Origin: an uncultured Lachnospiraceae bacterium
Lineage (GTDB): Bacteria > Bacillota > Clostridia > Lachnospirales > Lachnospiraceae
DNA length: 11,364 nucleotides
Direction: 5' to 3'
Assembly: GCA_944384015.1 (NCBI GenBank)
Contig: CALWRT010000055.1
Location: 1 to 11,364, forward strand
In this document: piece after piece, positions 1 through 6,624 of the stretch
How positions within the stretch are numbered: position 1 is the stretch's first letter
How the letters are laid out: each line of letters opens with the position of its first letter
Made by a program: the position numbers and the translations under genes
The notes under the pieces: model-generated
What the model was told of the DNA's origin: nothing
Databases searched by the model: none
What the model saw: only the letters and a program-made list of their open reading frames with translations

Positions 1-16
1 TCTCCGTTGTTTTCAT
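1..16 (-). CDS. 5' end of an unidentified gene (MKTTE...) that runs off the left edge of the window
   Basis: The reverse complement of 1-35 reads AGGAGGGTGTACACA ATG AAA ACA ACG GAG. A strong AGGAGG-type RBS sits 8 nt before an ATG at 16..14. The ATG lies 19 nt downstream of the TAG stop (36-38) of the helicase gene, which suggests co-transcription. Only 5 codons are visible, so the product is unknown. Confidence 0.3.
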
Positions 17-35
17 TGTGTACACCCTCCTGCTT

Positions 36-3000
36 CTACAAGTCAAACAGCTCTGACAGGCTCATCTGATGCCCTCCCTGCTCCTTTCTCCGGAATGCCT
101 CTTCTCTCACTATCAGATAATCCGGCACTGGGAAAAGAAACTCCGATTCCTCTTGTCCGCATGTCAGTATCAGCTCTTCCTGCGCGCGGGTCATCCCCAC
201 ATACAGCAGTCTTCTCTCCTCTTCTCTGTCCACATGATACTTCTCTTCCCGGGGCGGTACGATACCGGCTTCTATCCCGTACAGGAAGATCACCGGGAAC
301 TCCAATCCTTTCGAGCCGTGGAGAGTCATCAGCGTGACAGCCTCTCCCTCATAAGACTTTTGCCCGCATCGCTTCAAGTCGCTCTCCACTCCTAAGGTTA
401 TCGCCTCCAACAGCTCTCCCATAGAGGAATAGAAGACTCCCATCTGGGCCAGCTGTTCCATCGCCTCGTCCTGGGCCAGCCCCATCTGGGCCATCCATCT
501 GCGGATGAACCGTTCCGGCTGCTCCTCTTGGTAATATGGGGCAAACTGCTCTGCCATCGTACGGAGCACTTCTTCCCCGACCGCTCCGGCCTCTTCTTCC
601 TGCCACCGCTGCAGGCACCGCTTCTGAGCTGCCTCATCAGACGGCTGTGCAAGATACTGGAAAAATGCCAGGCTGTCCTGCACCGGCTTCTCTCTCAGAA
701 ATGTCTCTCTCCCGGCCACAATATACGGGATCCCTTCCTGTCGAAGGCACTTTTCCAGCAGCCTTGCCTGCCGGTGTGTACGGTACAAGACCGCAATCTC
801 TCCAAAGCCGCGCAGCCCTCGCTCCTTCTGAACCGACAGAGCCTGAGCGCCCAGCATATCCAATCCTCCTGTCATGCGGCTGATTTCTTTGGCAATAAAA
901 ATCCCTTCTCCCATAGGAGTTGCCGCGCTCACCAGCCGTACCGGGGTTCCTTCTCCCCTGTTTGCATGCAGGCGCTGCCTGTCACCTGGATTACGCGCGA
1001 TGATTTCCCACGCCGCCTCTAATATCTTCTTTGTACTTCTGTAATTTTCTACAAGGGTAACCCGGCATATATCCGGATAGTCTGTTCCAAGGCGCCCGAA
1101 GCAGCCTGGGTCAGCCCCCCGGAATCCATAAATGGCCTGATCCATATCTCCGATCACAAACAGATCTGTCCCCAGTCTGTGCCACTTCTGGATCAGCCGG
1201 TACTGCAGCGGGTTAATATCCTGGAATTCATCCACCAGCAGGCAGGAAAACATGCCGCCGCGAGCCGCCCCGTCCCTATCATCCAGCCTTTCGGCTTCCA
1301 GCAATAAGTCATCAAAATCCAGCAGTCCCTTCTCCTGCATCCAAGCCTGGTAGCAGTGAAGCGCCTCCTGAAATTTCTCATCCTCGCTTCTTTCGTCCTG
1401 GGACTTCCAGCGGGAGACTTTTTCCCGGAACTTCCCCGGGGAGACTGTAAGACTGCATTTCTCAACCGCTTCTTGGGCAGCTTCCAGCGACTGTTCCTCC
1501 CCGGCGATGGAAAACTCTCTTCCCGCCTCTCTCAGAAGCCGCACACAGATCGTATGGAAGGTGCCGGCCTGTACTCCCTCGGCTCCTCTGGGCAATCGCC
1601 CCTTCAATTCCGCAGCGGCCTGGTTTGTAAATGTCACCGCCGTAATCTGCTCCGGCCGCATCCCTCTGTCCTCCAGCAAATACTGGATGCGCGAGATGAG
1701 CGTCTTTGTTTTCCCTGTCCCGGGTCCCGCCGTCACCATGATCCTTCTCTTAGGCGAGTAAGCCGCCCGCCGCTGTTCCTCATTCAGCCCGCCGCTCTGA
1801 TCTGGGCTGACGGCCTCTTCCCGGCTCTCCTCCATCTTATGGACTCCATCATTGCGCGGGGTCTTGTCCTTCTTTTCCTCTCCTTTTTCCTCTCCCATTG
1901 CTCCCAGAAGGGCAAAGAAATCCATCTGTCCTTCCGTATTCCTCTCTTCCCCCGGAAGAAAGACCTGTATGGTCCCGTATGCCCCGTCATAACCCGGGAT
2001 TTTATTCACTTTTCCATCCCTCAGCCTCTGGATTCCCTCTGCAATCATCGTCCCTGATACTCTGCGGATGTCTTCCACAGGGATCTCCCTCAAAATAGCA
2101 AATTCTGAGCCGAGGGTTCCCAGCATCTTCTGATATTCCTTCTGCACCTGCTTGCCTGACGGCCCGCGTCCCAGCACATTTCCCAGCAGCTCCGGCAGAG
2201 GCATCAGGCTCTCATACGGCCTTGCCCCAGGGGGAACGTAACCCTCCTCTCTGTCTGAGAGCTGTTCTGCCCGGTGGGAGACGCCGACCGTCAGTTTTTT
2301 GCCGCACACAGGGCAGATGCCTCCCAGTCCGGCCGCCTCTCCCGGCGATAGACACACGCCGCATTTTCTGTGGCCGTCAAAATGGTATTTCCCCTCTTCC
2401 GGGAAAAATTCAATGGTTCCACACAGCCCTTCGCCCTCTTGGATTGCCCGGTACAGCCCTTCATAGGACAGATCAATGTCCAGCAGATTCGCCTCCCTGC
2501 CCAGCTTGGACGGTGAATGGGCGTCGGAATTCGAGATGAGCTGGCAGCCGTCCAAATCCGATACTCTCCAGTTCATCGGCGGATCCGAGGACAGCCCCGT
2601 CTCCACTGCGTGGATATGCCCGGCCAGATCCTCAAAGCACTCCTCCATGCTGTCAAATCCAGAGAAGGCTCCGAACATGGAAAAGTGAGGCGTCCAGATA
2701 TGCGCAGGGACATAGATCCCCTTCGGGCTGACCTCCAGCATAATCTCCAGCAGATTCCGGCAGTCTATCCCAAGAATCGGCCGCCCGTCAGAATGGATAT
2801 TGCCGATAACTTCCAGCTTCCTGGACAGGCGATTGGCCTCCTCCAGCCCGGGAAGCAGTATCAGGCTGTGTACTTTCCTGACTTTGCCGTTTTTCTTGTA
2901 GATAGAGCTGATCTCCCCGGTTACAGCGAATCTCGGATAGAACGCGTCCGAGACAGGGCCGTCTGGTATCCGGTATTCTTCCTTCAACACATAGAGTCCA

Positions 3001-3179
3001 TCTTCCGCCGGCGCCAGTTTCTCTGCCAGTTCCTCCCGCCAGGCTGGGTGGGTAAAATCCCCGGTGCCGACGATTGCTATTCCTTTTCGCCTGGCCCACA
3101 GATCCAGCTGCTCCGGCGTTCCATCCTTGCTCGTAGCCCTGGAATATCTGGAATGGATATGTAAATCCGCAATATACAT
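36..3179 (-). CDS. Fusion protein of 1047 aa: N-terminal endonuclease Q-like PHP-fold nuclease with an internal four-Cys zinc finger, joined to a C-terminal UvrD/PcrA-like SF1 DNA helicase
   Basis: The N-terminus MYIADLHIHSRYSRATSKDG is a PHP-type metal-binding motif (DLHIHS). Further His/Asp-rich segments follow (HIWTPHF, SNSDAHS). A C-x2-C...C-x2-C finger is present (CGVCLSPGEAAGLGGICPVCGKK). This arrangement and the size (about 415 aa) match the EndoQ/TIGR00375 architecture (nt about 1935-3179). An acidic Lys/Glu-rich low-complexity linker (GEEKGEEKKDK...) spans about nt 1787-1934. The helicase part (nt 39 to about 1786) carries the UvrD motifs: LNEEQRRAA, Walker A AGPGTGKTKTL, TFTNQAAAEL, LLVDEFQDINPLQ (DExx), VIGDMDQAIYGFRGA, ENYRSTKKIL, TLHGSKGLEFPVIFL and LLYVGMTRAQEEL. 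The RBS is AAAGGAAAACAG before the ATG at 3179. Confidence 0.85.
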   Translation of the reverse strand: MYIADLHIHSRYSRATSKDGTPEQLDLWARRKGIAIVGTGDFTHPAWREELAEKLAPAEDGLYVLKEEYRIPDGPVSDAFYPRFAVTGEISSIYKKNGKVRKVHSLILLPGLEEANRLSRKLEVIGNIHSDGRPILGIDCRNLLEIMLEVSPKGIYVPAHIWTPHFSMFGAFSGFDSMEECFEDLAGHIHAVETGLSSDPPMNWRVSDLDGCQLISNSDAHSPSKLGREANLLDIDLSYEGLYRAIQEGEGLCGTIEFFPEEGKYHFDGHRKCGVCLSPGEAAGLGGICPVCGKKLTVGVSHRAEQLSDREEGYVPPGARPYESLMPLPELLGNVLGRGPSGKQVQKEYQKMLGTLGSEFAILREIPVEDIRRVSGTMIAEGIQRLRDGKVNKIPGYDGAYGTIQVFLPGEERNTEGQMDFFALLGAMGEEKGEEKKDKTPRNDGVHKMEESREEAVSPDQSGGLNEEQRRAAYSPKRRIMVTAGPGTGKTKTLISRIQYLLEDRGMRPEQITAVTFTNQAAAELKGRLPRGAEGVQAGTFHTICVRLLREAGREFSIAGEEQSLEAAQEAVEKCSLTVSPGKFREKVSRWKSQDERSEDEKFQEALHCYQAWMQEKGLLDFDDLLLEAERLDDRDGAARGGMFSCLLVDEFQDINPLQYRLIQKWHRLGTDLFVIGDMDQAIYGFRGADPGCFGRLGTDYPDICRVTLVENYRSTKKILEAAWEIIARNPGDRQRLHANRGEGTPVRLVSAATPMGEGIFIAKEISRMTGGLDMLGAQALSVQKERGLRGFGEIAVLYRTHRQARLLEKCLRQEGIPYIVAGRETFLREKPVQDSLAFFQYLAQPSDEAAQKRCLQRWQEEEAGAVGEEVLRTMAEQFAPYYQEEQPERFIRRWMAQMGLAQDEAMEQLAQMGVFYSSMGELLEAITLGVESDLKRCGQKSYEGEAVTLMTLHGSKGLEFPVIFLYGIEAGIVPPREEKYHVDREEERRLLYVGMTRAQEELILTCGQEESEFLFPVPDYLIVREEAFRRKEQGGHQMSLSELFDL

Positions 3180-3525
3180 CTGTTTTCCTTTCTCTCTTGT
3201 ATGATGTCCAGCTTACGATGTTCCTTCATCTTTCCAACAGGCTGTCTGTCCTAAGAAAACACCGATAAAATAAGCGTTCCCCTGAGAATCCTCAGAAAAA
3301 TGACCATATCACCGCGATTACAACGGCGGGCAGCATATTCTCCATTGCCCCGCCATATTTATGATTGTACCAATTCCTTCCAATGAAATTTCCCCGCTTT
3401 TCTGTCATTTGTCTGTTACGCTGACACACCCGGAACACAGTGCCCAGACCGCCTGCCGGCTGCCTGGGCACATATCATCTCCCTATTCTGTCTCCTAGCC
3501 GGCACGCGGCACTCTTTCATCAAAG

Positions 3526-4539
3526 TTACCCTAATCGGAACCCGCAGTTTCCGCAGAACCGCATCCCATTTGTCTTCGCGCCGCAGTTCGGACAGAAGTT
3601 GGGAATTGTGCCTTCACCCGGCTGTCCCTGGGGCGCCGGATTCTGTACATATCCGCCCGCACCGCCTGTTCCCGGACCGCTTGGGCCACCGCTGTTCCTC
3701 TGCTGCATCTGGGACGCCATCTGCTGGCCCATAGCCATCCCCATGGCCATTCCAGCCATATCGGATGCTGGGCCGCTGCCTCCTCTTCCAAGCGCCTCTC
3801 CCATTGACACTTGCTGGAAACGCCCCACATCTCCGATCATGCTCTGGGCAGCAGCCTTCTCTGCCATACGCTGCACTTCTTCTGGATAATTAAAGTTGGA
3901 AATGGAAAAAGAAGTTATGGCAATGCCGATGCCTCTCATCTCCATATCCAGATCTTCCTGAATGCCGTCCCCAATCTCCCTGGCGTTCATCTGAAGGTTG
4001 AACATATTCTTCCCTTCCTTGCCGATCCATTTCATCAGGAACGGATCCAAGGAAGCGATGATGCGCTCTTTCACGTCGTCTACGGTAAATTGTCTCCGCA
4101 CTCCCGCAATCTTATCGATCAGGACATCATAGTCATCCACCTTGCACGTAAACGTTCCGAACGCGCGGATGGGCATTCCCCCTGGCAGTCCCGGCGCAGG
4201 TATCAGCACAGGACTTTTTGTCCCCCATTTCACCAGAATCTCCTTCGTATTGATAAACAGCACTTCCGCCCGGATTCCGCTGTTGAAGCCGAATTTAAAG
4301 CCCTTCAGCGTAGACAGGAAGGGAATGATGTCCGATTCCATCTCATAGCTTCCCTCATCCCGGAAGATCCCTTCTACTACACCATTGTACAGAAATACCG
4401 CATCCTGTCCCGGACGGATGATCAGACGGCTTCCTTTCTTAATCTCGGCGTTGCTCCATTTCCAGAACAGCATGTCATCCCGGAATTCCTCCCATTCAAT
4501 GACATCCGAAAACTGATTGCTAAATAAACCCATTGCCAT
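3526..4539 (-). CDS. SPFH (stomatin/prohibitin/flotillin/HflKC)-domain protein with a C-terminal zinc ribbon (YdjI-like; COG4260, 'putative virion core protein' family)
   Basis: The 337-aa product has an N-terminus MAMGLFSNQFSDVIEWEEF typical of COG4260/YdjI-type SPFH proteins. The C-terminus is low-complexity and Gly/Met/Ala/Gln-rich (MAGMAMGMAMGQQMASQMQQ...), followed by CPNCGAKTNGMRFCGNCG (a C-x2-C-x8-C-x2-C zinc ribbon). A GGGGGAA RBS precedes the ATG. A 12-nt gap separates it from the upstream gene, consistent with an operon. Confidence 0.8.
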   Translation of the reverse strand: MAMGLFSNQFSDVIEWEEFRDDMLFWKWSNAEIKKGSRLIIRPGQDAVFLYNGVVEGIFRDEGSYEMESDIIPFLSTLKGFKFGFNSGIRAEVLFINTKEILVKWGTKSPVLIPAPGLPGGMPIRAFGTFTCKVDDYDVLIDKIAGVRRQFTVDDVKERIIASLDPFLMKWIGKEGKNMFNLQMNAREIGDGIQEDLDMEMRGIGIAITSFSISNFNYPEEVQRMAEKAAAQSMIGDVGRFQQVSMGEALGRGGSGPASDMAGMAMGMAMGQQMASQMQQRNSGGPSGPGTGGAGGYVQNPAPQGQPGEGTIPNFCPNCGAKTNGMRFCGNCGFRLG

Positions 4540-4551
4540 TTCCCCCGTTTC

Positions 4552-5604
4552 CTAACCTATAAAGTAAAATACTAGACCCGCCGCCGCTAATATAATCAAA
4601 ATACACAAAGCGATCTTGAAAATGCTCTTCGGGTATTCCCCTTCAATCTGGCCCGTCTGCCCATTCATCAGCACATGGTATACTTCATCTTTATATTTGT
4701 ACGCTGTCGTATAGACCGGCAGCAGAATGTGTTTGAACGTCTCTGCTGAGAAAAAAGGCGTCATTCGGATATTTCTGACATCGTCGTACCTGGCGAGCAC
4801 CTCGCTCCTGATAAAATCTTCCAGCCTTCTCTCCATTTCCCTGTGCGCGTCTATGTAAGCCTCATCCAGGCTGACTGTAAAACACTCTGATGCATATCCG
4901 GAGAAGTATTCCGGAGCATAGGAGGCCACTTCCCGCGTGTCGAACTGATCCACATCCTTCAGCAGGCCTTCGTCCAGCTTACGGGATGCCGGAATCAATA
5001 CATCGTCGAAAAAGTGTCCAATATGGCCGCTCACAGGATGCCAGGTCATATAAGTCCTTGTCTGGGTCTCTCCTTTGGAATTCTTATAGGTCTGCACATG
5101 GCGGATACCGCCGTCAGCCATATAATCGCTCTCCGACTGGGCATCGAACGTCCAATATGGAATGTAAATTCCCTGAAGCCGGTCCTTCTGATACAAATGC
5201 TTCAGCTCTCCCGGCGCCCAGAATCGTCCTTTGACCCATTCCTGGAATTTTATCCCCGCTTCCTTCTTATCAAATCGGAACGGCACAACCCCGTCTGGGA
5301 CAATCACATCCTCCTGCTTATCTGCCAGCACATATTTAGAGCCGCAGTAGGGGCATTCCGCCGCTGTGCTGGTGGCTTCTACTTCCACTTTGGCTCCGCA
5401 CCCCTGGCAAATCATCGTGTGGGACGTCTTCTCTCCCGCCCGGATCGTCCTCCTGGCCTCCCGGGTCACCGCGTGCTCTTGTATCTTTTCTCTGTCATTC
5501 GTAATTTCAATGGAAGTACCGCACCCAGGGCATCGAAGCGTCTGTGTCCTGGGGTCAAACTCCATAATACTTCCACAGTTCTCACATCGGTATATGTTCC
5601 CCAT
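4552..5604 (-). CDS. Double zinc-ribbon protein with a C-terminal transmembrane anchor (YdjG-like PspA-associated protein)
   Basis: The 350-aa product has two C-x2-C...C-x2-C ribbons near the N-terminus (CENCGS...CPGCGT and CQGCGAKV...CPYCGS). A soluble domain of about 220 aa follows, then a single hydrophobic C-terminal helix (IFKIALCILIILAAAGLVFYFIG). Its ATG lies 3 nt after the pspA stop (TAA TAT ATG), indicating translational coupling. The family assignment rests on the architecture and on synteny with pspA and the SPFH gene, not on recognised sequence identity. Confidence 0.7.
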   Translation of the reverse strand: MGNIYRCENCGSIMEFDPRTQTLRCPGCGTSIEITNDREKIQEHAVTREARRTIRAGEKTSHTMICQGCGAKVEVEATSTAAECPYCGSKYVLADKQEDVIVPDGVVPFRFDKKEAGIKFQEWVKGRFWAPGELKHLYQKDRLQGIYIPYWTFDAQSESDYMADGGIRHVQTYKNSKGETQTRTYMTWHPVSGHIGHFFDDVLIPASRKLDEGLLKDVDQFDTREVASYAPEYFSGYASECFTVSLDEAYIDAHREMERRLEDFIRSEVLARYDDVRNIRMTPFFSAETFKHILLPVYTTAYKYKDEVYHVLMNGQTGQIEGEYPKSIFKIALCILIILAAAGLVFYFIG

Positions 5605-5607
5605 ATA

Positions 5608-6291
5608 TTACAGTCCCAGCTTCGCTTTCAGAGCCGCAAGTTCATCATCCACCTCGCTGCTGGCCGGCGTCCCTTCATCATATTTCTTCATCAGGTCTTC
5701 TGCCGTGTCTTCTTGGCTGTTCAGCTCTGCCATCGCCTCGGCTTCATCCAGCATCCGGTTCGCCTTCTCTTCCATCCGGTCAAAGGCCGACATGGACTCT
5801 CCGACGCCGTCCATGCTGCTTCCCAGCTTGTTCATGCGTTCCCTTGTCTTCACCATCGCCATCTTGGCCTGGATCTCCGACTTGCGCTGGCGCAGTTCCT
5901 TCAAATCCGCCTCCAGCTTATCGTGCATTTCTCTCATTTTCCGAGAGTTCTGTACTGAGACATCATATATCTGCTGCAGGTTCGCCTGCTTCGCTGTAAG
6001 CTCTGTTTTCTTAGCCAGAAATGTCCTGGCATCTCCCTCATTGCCGGCCATCAGCGCTTTCTCAGCATATTTCTGCATCTTCGCAGCCTCAGCCTCATTC
6101 TCTTCCAGGTCCCGCTTCGCCTTCTTCTCGCTTGCCATCACAGCGGCAGTCTCCGCCTTCACTTTGCCTAGATCACTCTCAATATCTCTCATATACTGGC
6201 TGATCATCTTCTCCGGATCTTCTGCTTTATCTAACAGTGCATTGATATTTGCCGACATGATATCTGTAAATCTCTTTAAAATGTTTGCCAT
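5608..6291 (-). CDS. pspA: Phage shock protein A / IM30 family (PspA/LiaH/Vipp1-like, ESCRT-III superfamily) membrane-stress protein
   Basis: The product MANILKRFTDIMSANINALLDKAEDPEKMISQYMRDIESDL... aligns by eye with the E. coli PspA N-terminus ([38 protein letters not shown]). The rest is a charged coiled-coil ending AALKAKLGL, as in PspA. I chose the start at 6291 (ATG preceded by a GGGAGGA RBS at 6298-6304) instead of the track's longer start at 6363, which has no RBS and adds a non-conserved 24-aa extension. Confidence 0.9.
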   Translation of the reverse strand: MANILKRFTDIMSANINALLDKAEDPEKMISQYMRDIESDLGKVKAETAAVMASEKKAKRDLEENEAEAAKMQKYAEKALMAGNEGDARTFLAKKTELTAKQANLQQIYDVSVQNSRKMREMHDKLEADLKELRQRKSEIQAKMAMVKTRERMNKLGSSMDGVGESMSAFDRMEEKANRMLDEAEAMAELNSQEDTAEDLMKKYDEGTPASSEVDDELAALKAKLGL

Positions 6292-6297
6292 TATGAT

Positions 6298-6304
6298 TCC
6301 TCCC
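6298..6304 (-). promoter_or_regulatory. Ribosome-binding site of pspA (GGGAGGA, 6 nt before the ATG)
   Basis: The reverse complement reads ...AATTGGGAGGAATCATA ATG. Confidence 0.6.
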
Positions 6305-6564
6305 AATTTCCTGTTCCTTGGACAATATACATCTATATTCCATTTTACATGAAAACATCTCAAAACGGAACTATAAAATCAAAAATATAGCAGACGTCTG
6401 TTCGGATACCAGTCCCATACAGGCCAAAGTCAGGAAGACTGCGGACGGACTTGTTCGATATTGCGGCAAGCCGGCTGCAGTTACGATTTTCTTTCATCCA
6501 TGTTATAAAAAATTTCCCTTTTCTGACATTTTCCATACGATTGCTTACAAATCCCAGACTTCCC

Positions 6565-6593
6565 TTCCAATCCCACCGCACTTCTGCTACAAT
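6565..6593 (+). promoter_or_regulatory. Putative sigma-A-type promoter for the plus-strand lipoprotein gene
   Basis: The -35 is TTCCAA (6565-6570). A 17-nt spacer follows. An extended -10 TGcTACAAT sits at 6585-6593. The predicted transcription start near 6600 lies upstream of the AAGGAGGA RBS (6609-6616) and the ATG at 6625. Confidence 0.4.
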
Positions 6594-6624
6594 CGTACAT
6601 ACCAAAATAAGGAGGATGTATTTT

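Noticed and set aside
1356-3164. Plus-strand ORFs of 233 aa (1356-2057) and 215 aa (2517-3164) inside the EndoQ-helicase gene
   Set aside because: These are antisense to a gene with unmistakable helicase and PHP motifs. They are high-GC shadow ORFs with Arg/Pro/Leu-rich nonsense composition and no start signals.
3255-3273. Near-repeat gaaaacaccgataaaata (3255-3272) versus ggaaacgccgataaaatt (10765-10782), both upstream of minus-strand genes, which could have been a shared operator
   Set aside because: This is a 15/18 match. A rough calculation gives tens of such matches expected by chance in an 11-kb window across both strands, so it is not significant.
3442-3469. GC hairpin gcccag...ctgggc as terminator of the psp operon
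   Set aside because: The stem is imperfect and no U-tract follows on the minus strand (ACTGTGTTCCGGG). It is noted only as a weak structure within the finding on possible read-through.
3811-4527. 238-aa plus-strand ORF opposite the SPFH gene, and 275-aa plus-strand ORF (9420-10247) opposite the Fe-ADH gene
   Set aside because: The same reasoning applies: antisense shadows of well-supported minus-strand genes.
5366-6352. Long plus-strand ORFs (328 aa Ser/Ala-rich at 5366-6352; 314 aa at 5014-5958) overlapping the pspA and zinc-ribbon genes
   Set aside because: These are antisense artefacts. The reverse complement of a Glu/Lys/Ala-rich coiled-coil gene gives long stop-free Ser/Phe/Leu-rich frames. 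There is no RBS and no recognisable fold, and the opposite strand carries a clearly conserved PspA.
5608-6363. Track's longer PspA ORF starting at 6363 (MRCFHVKWNIDVYCPRNRKLGGIIM...)
   Set aside because: The 24-aa extension has no RBS and is Cys/Trp-containing junk. The internal ATG at 6291 has a GGGAGGA RBS and matches the conserved PspA N-terminus.
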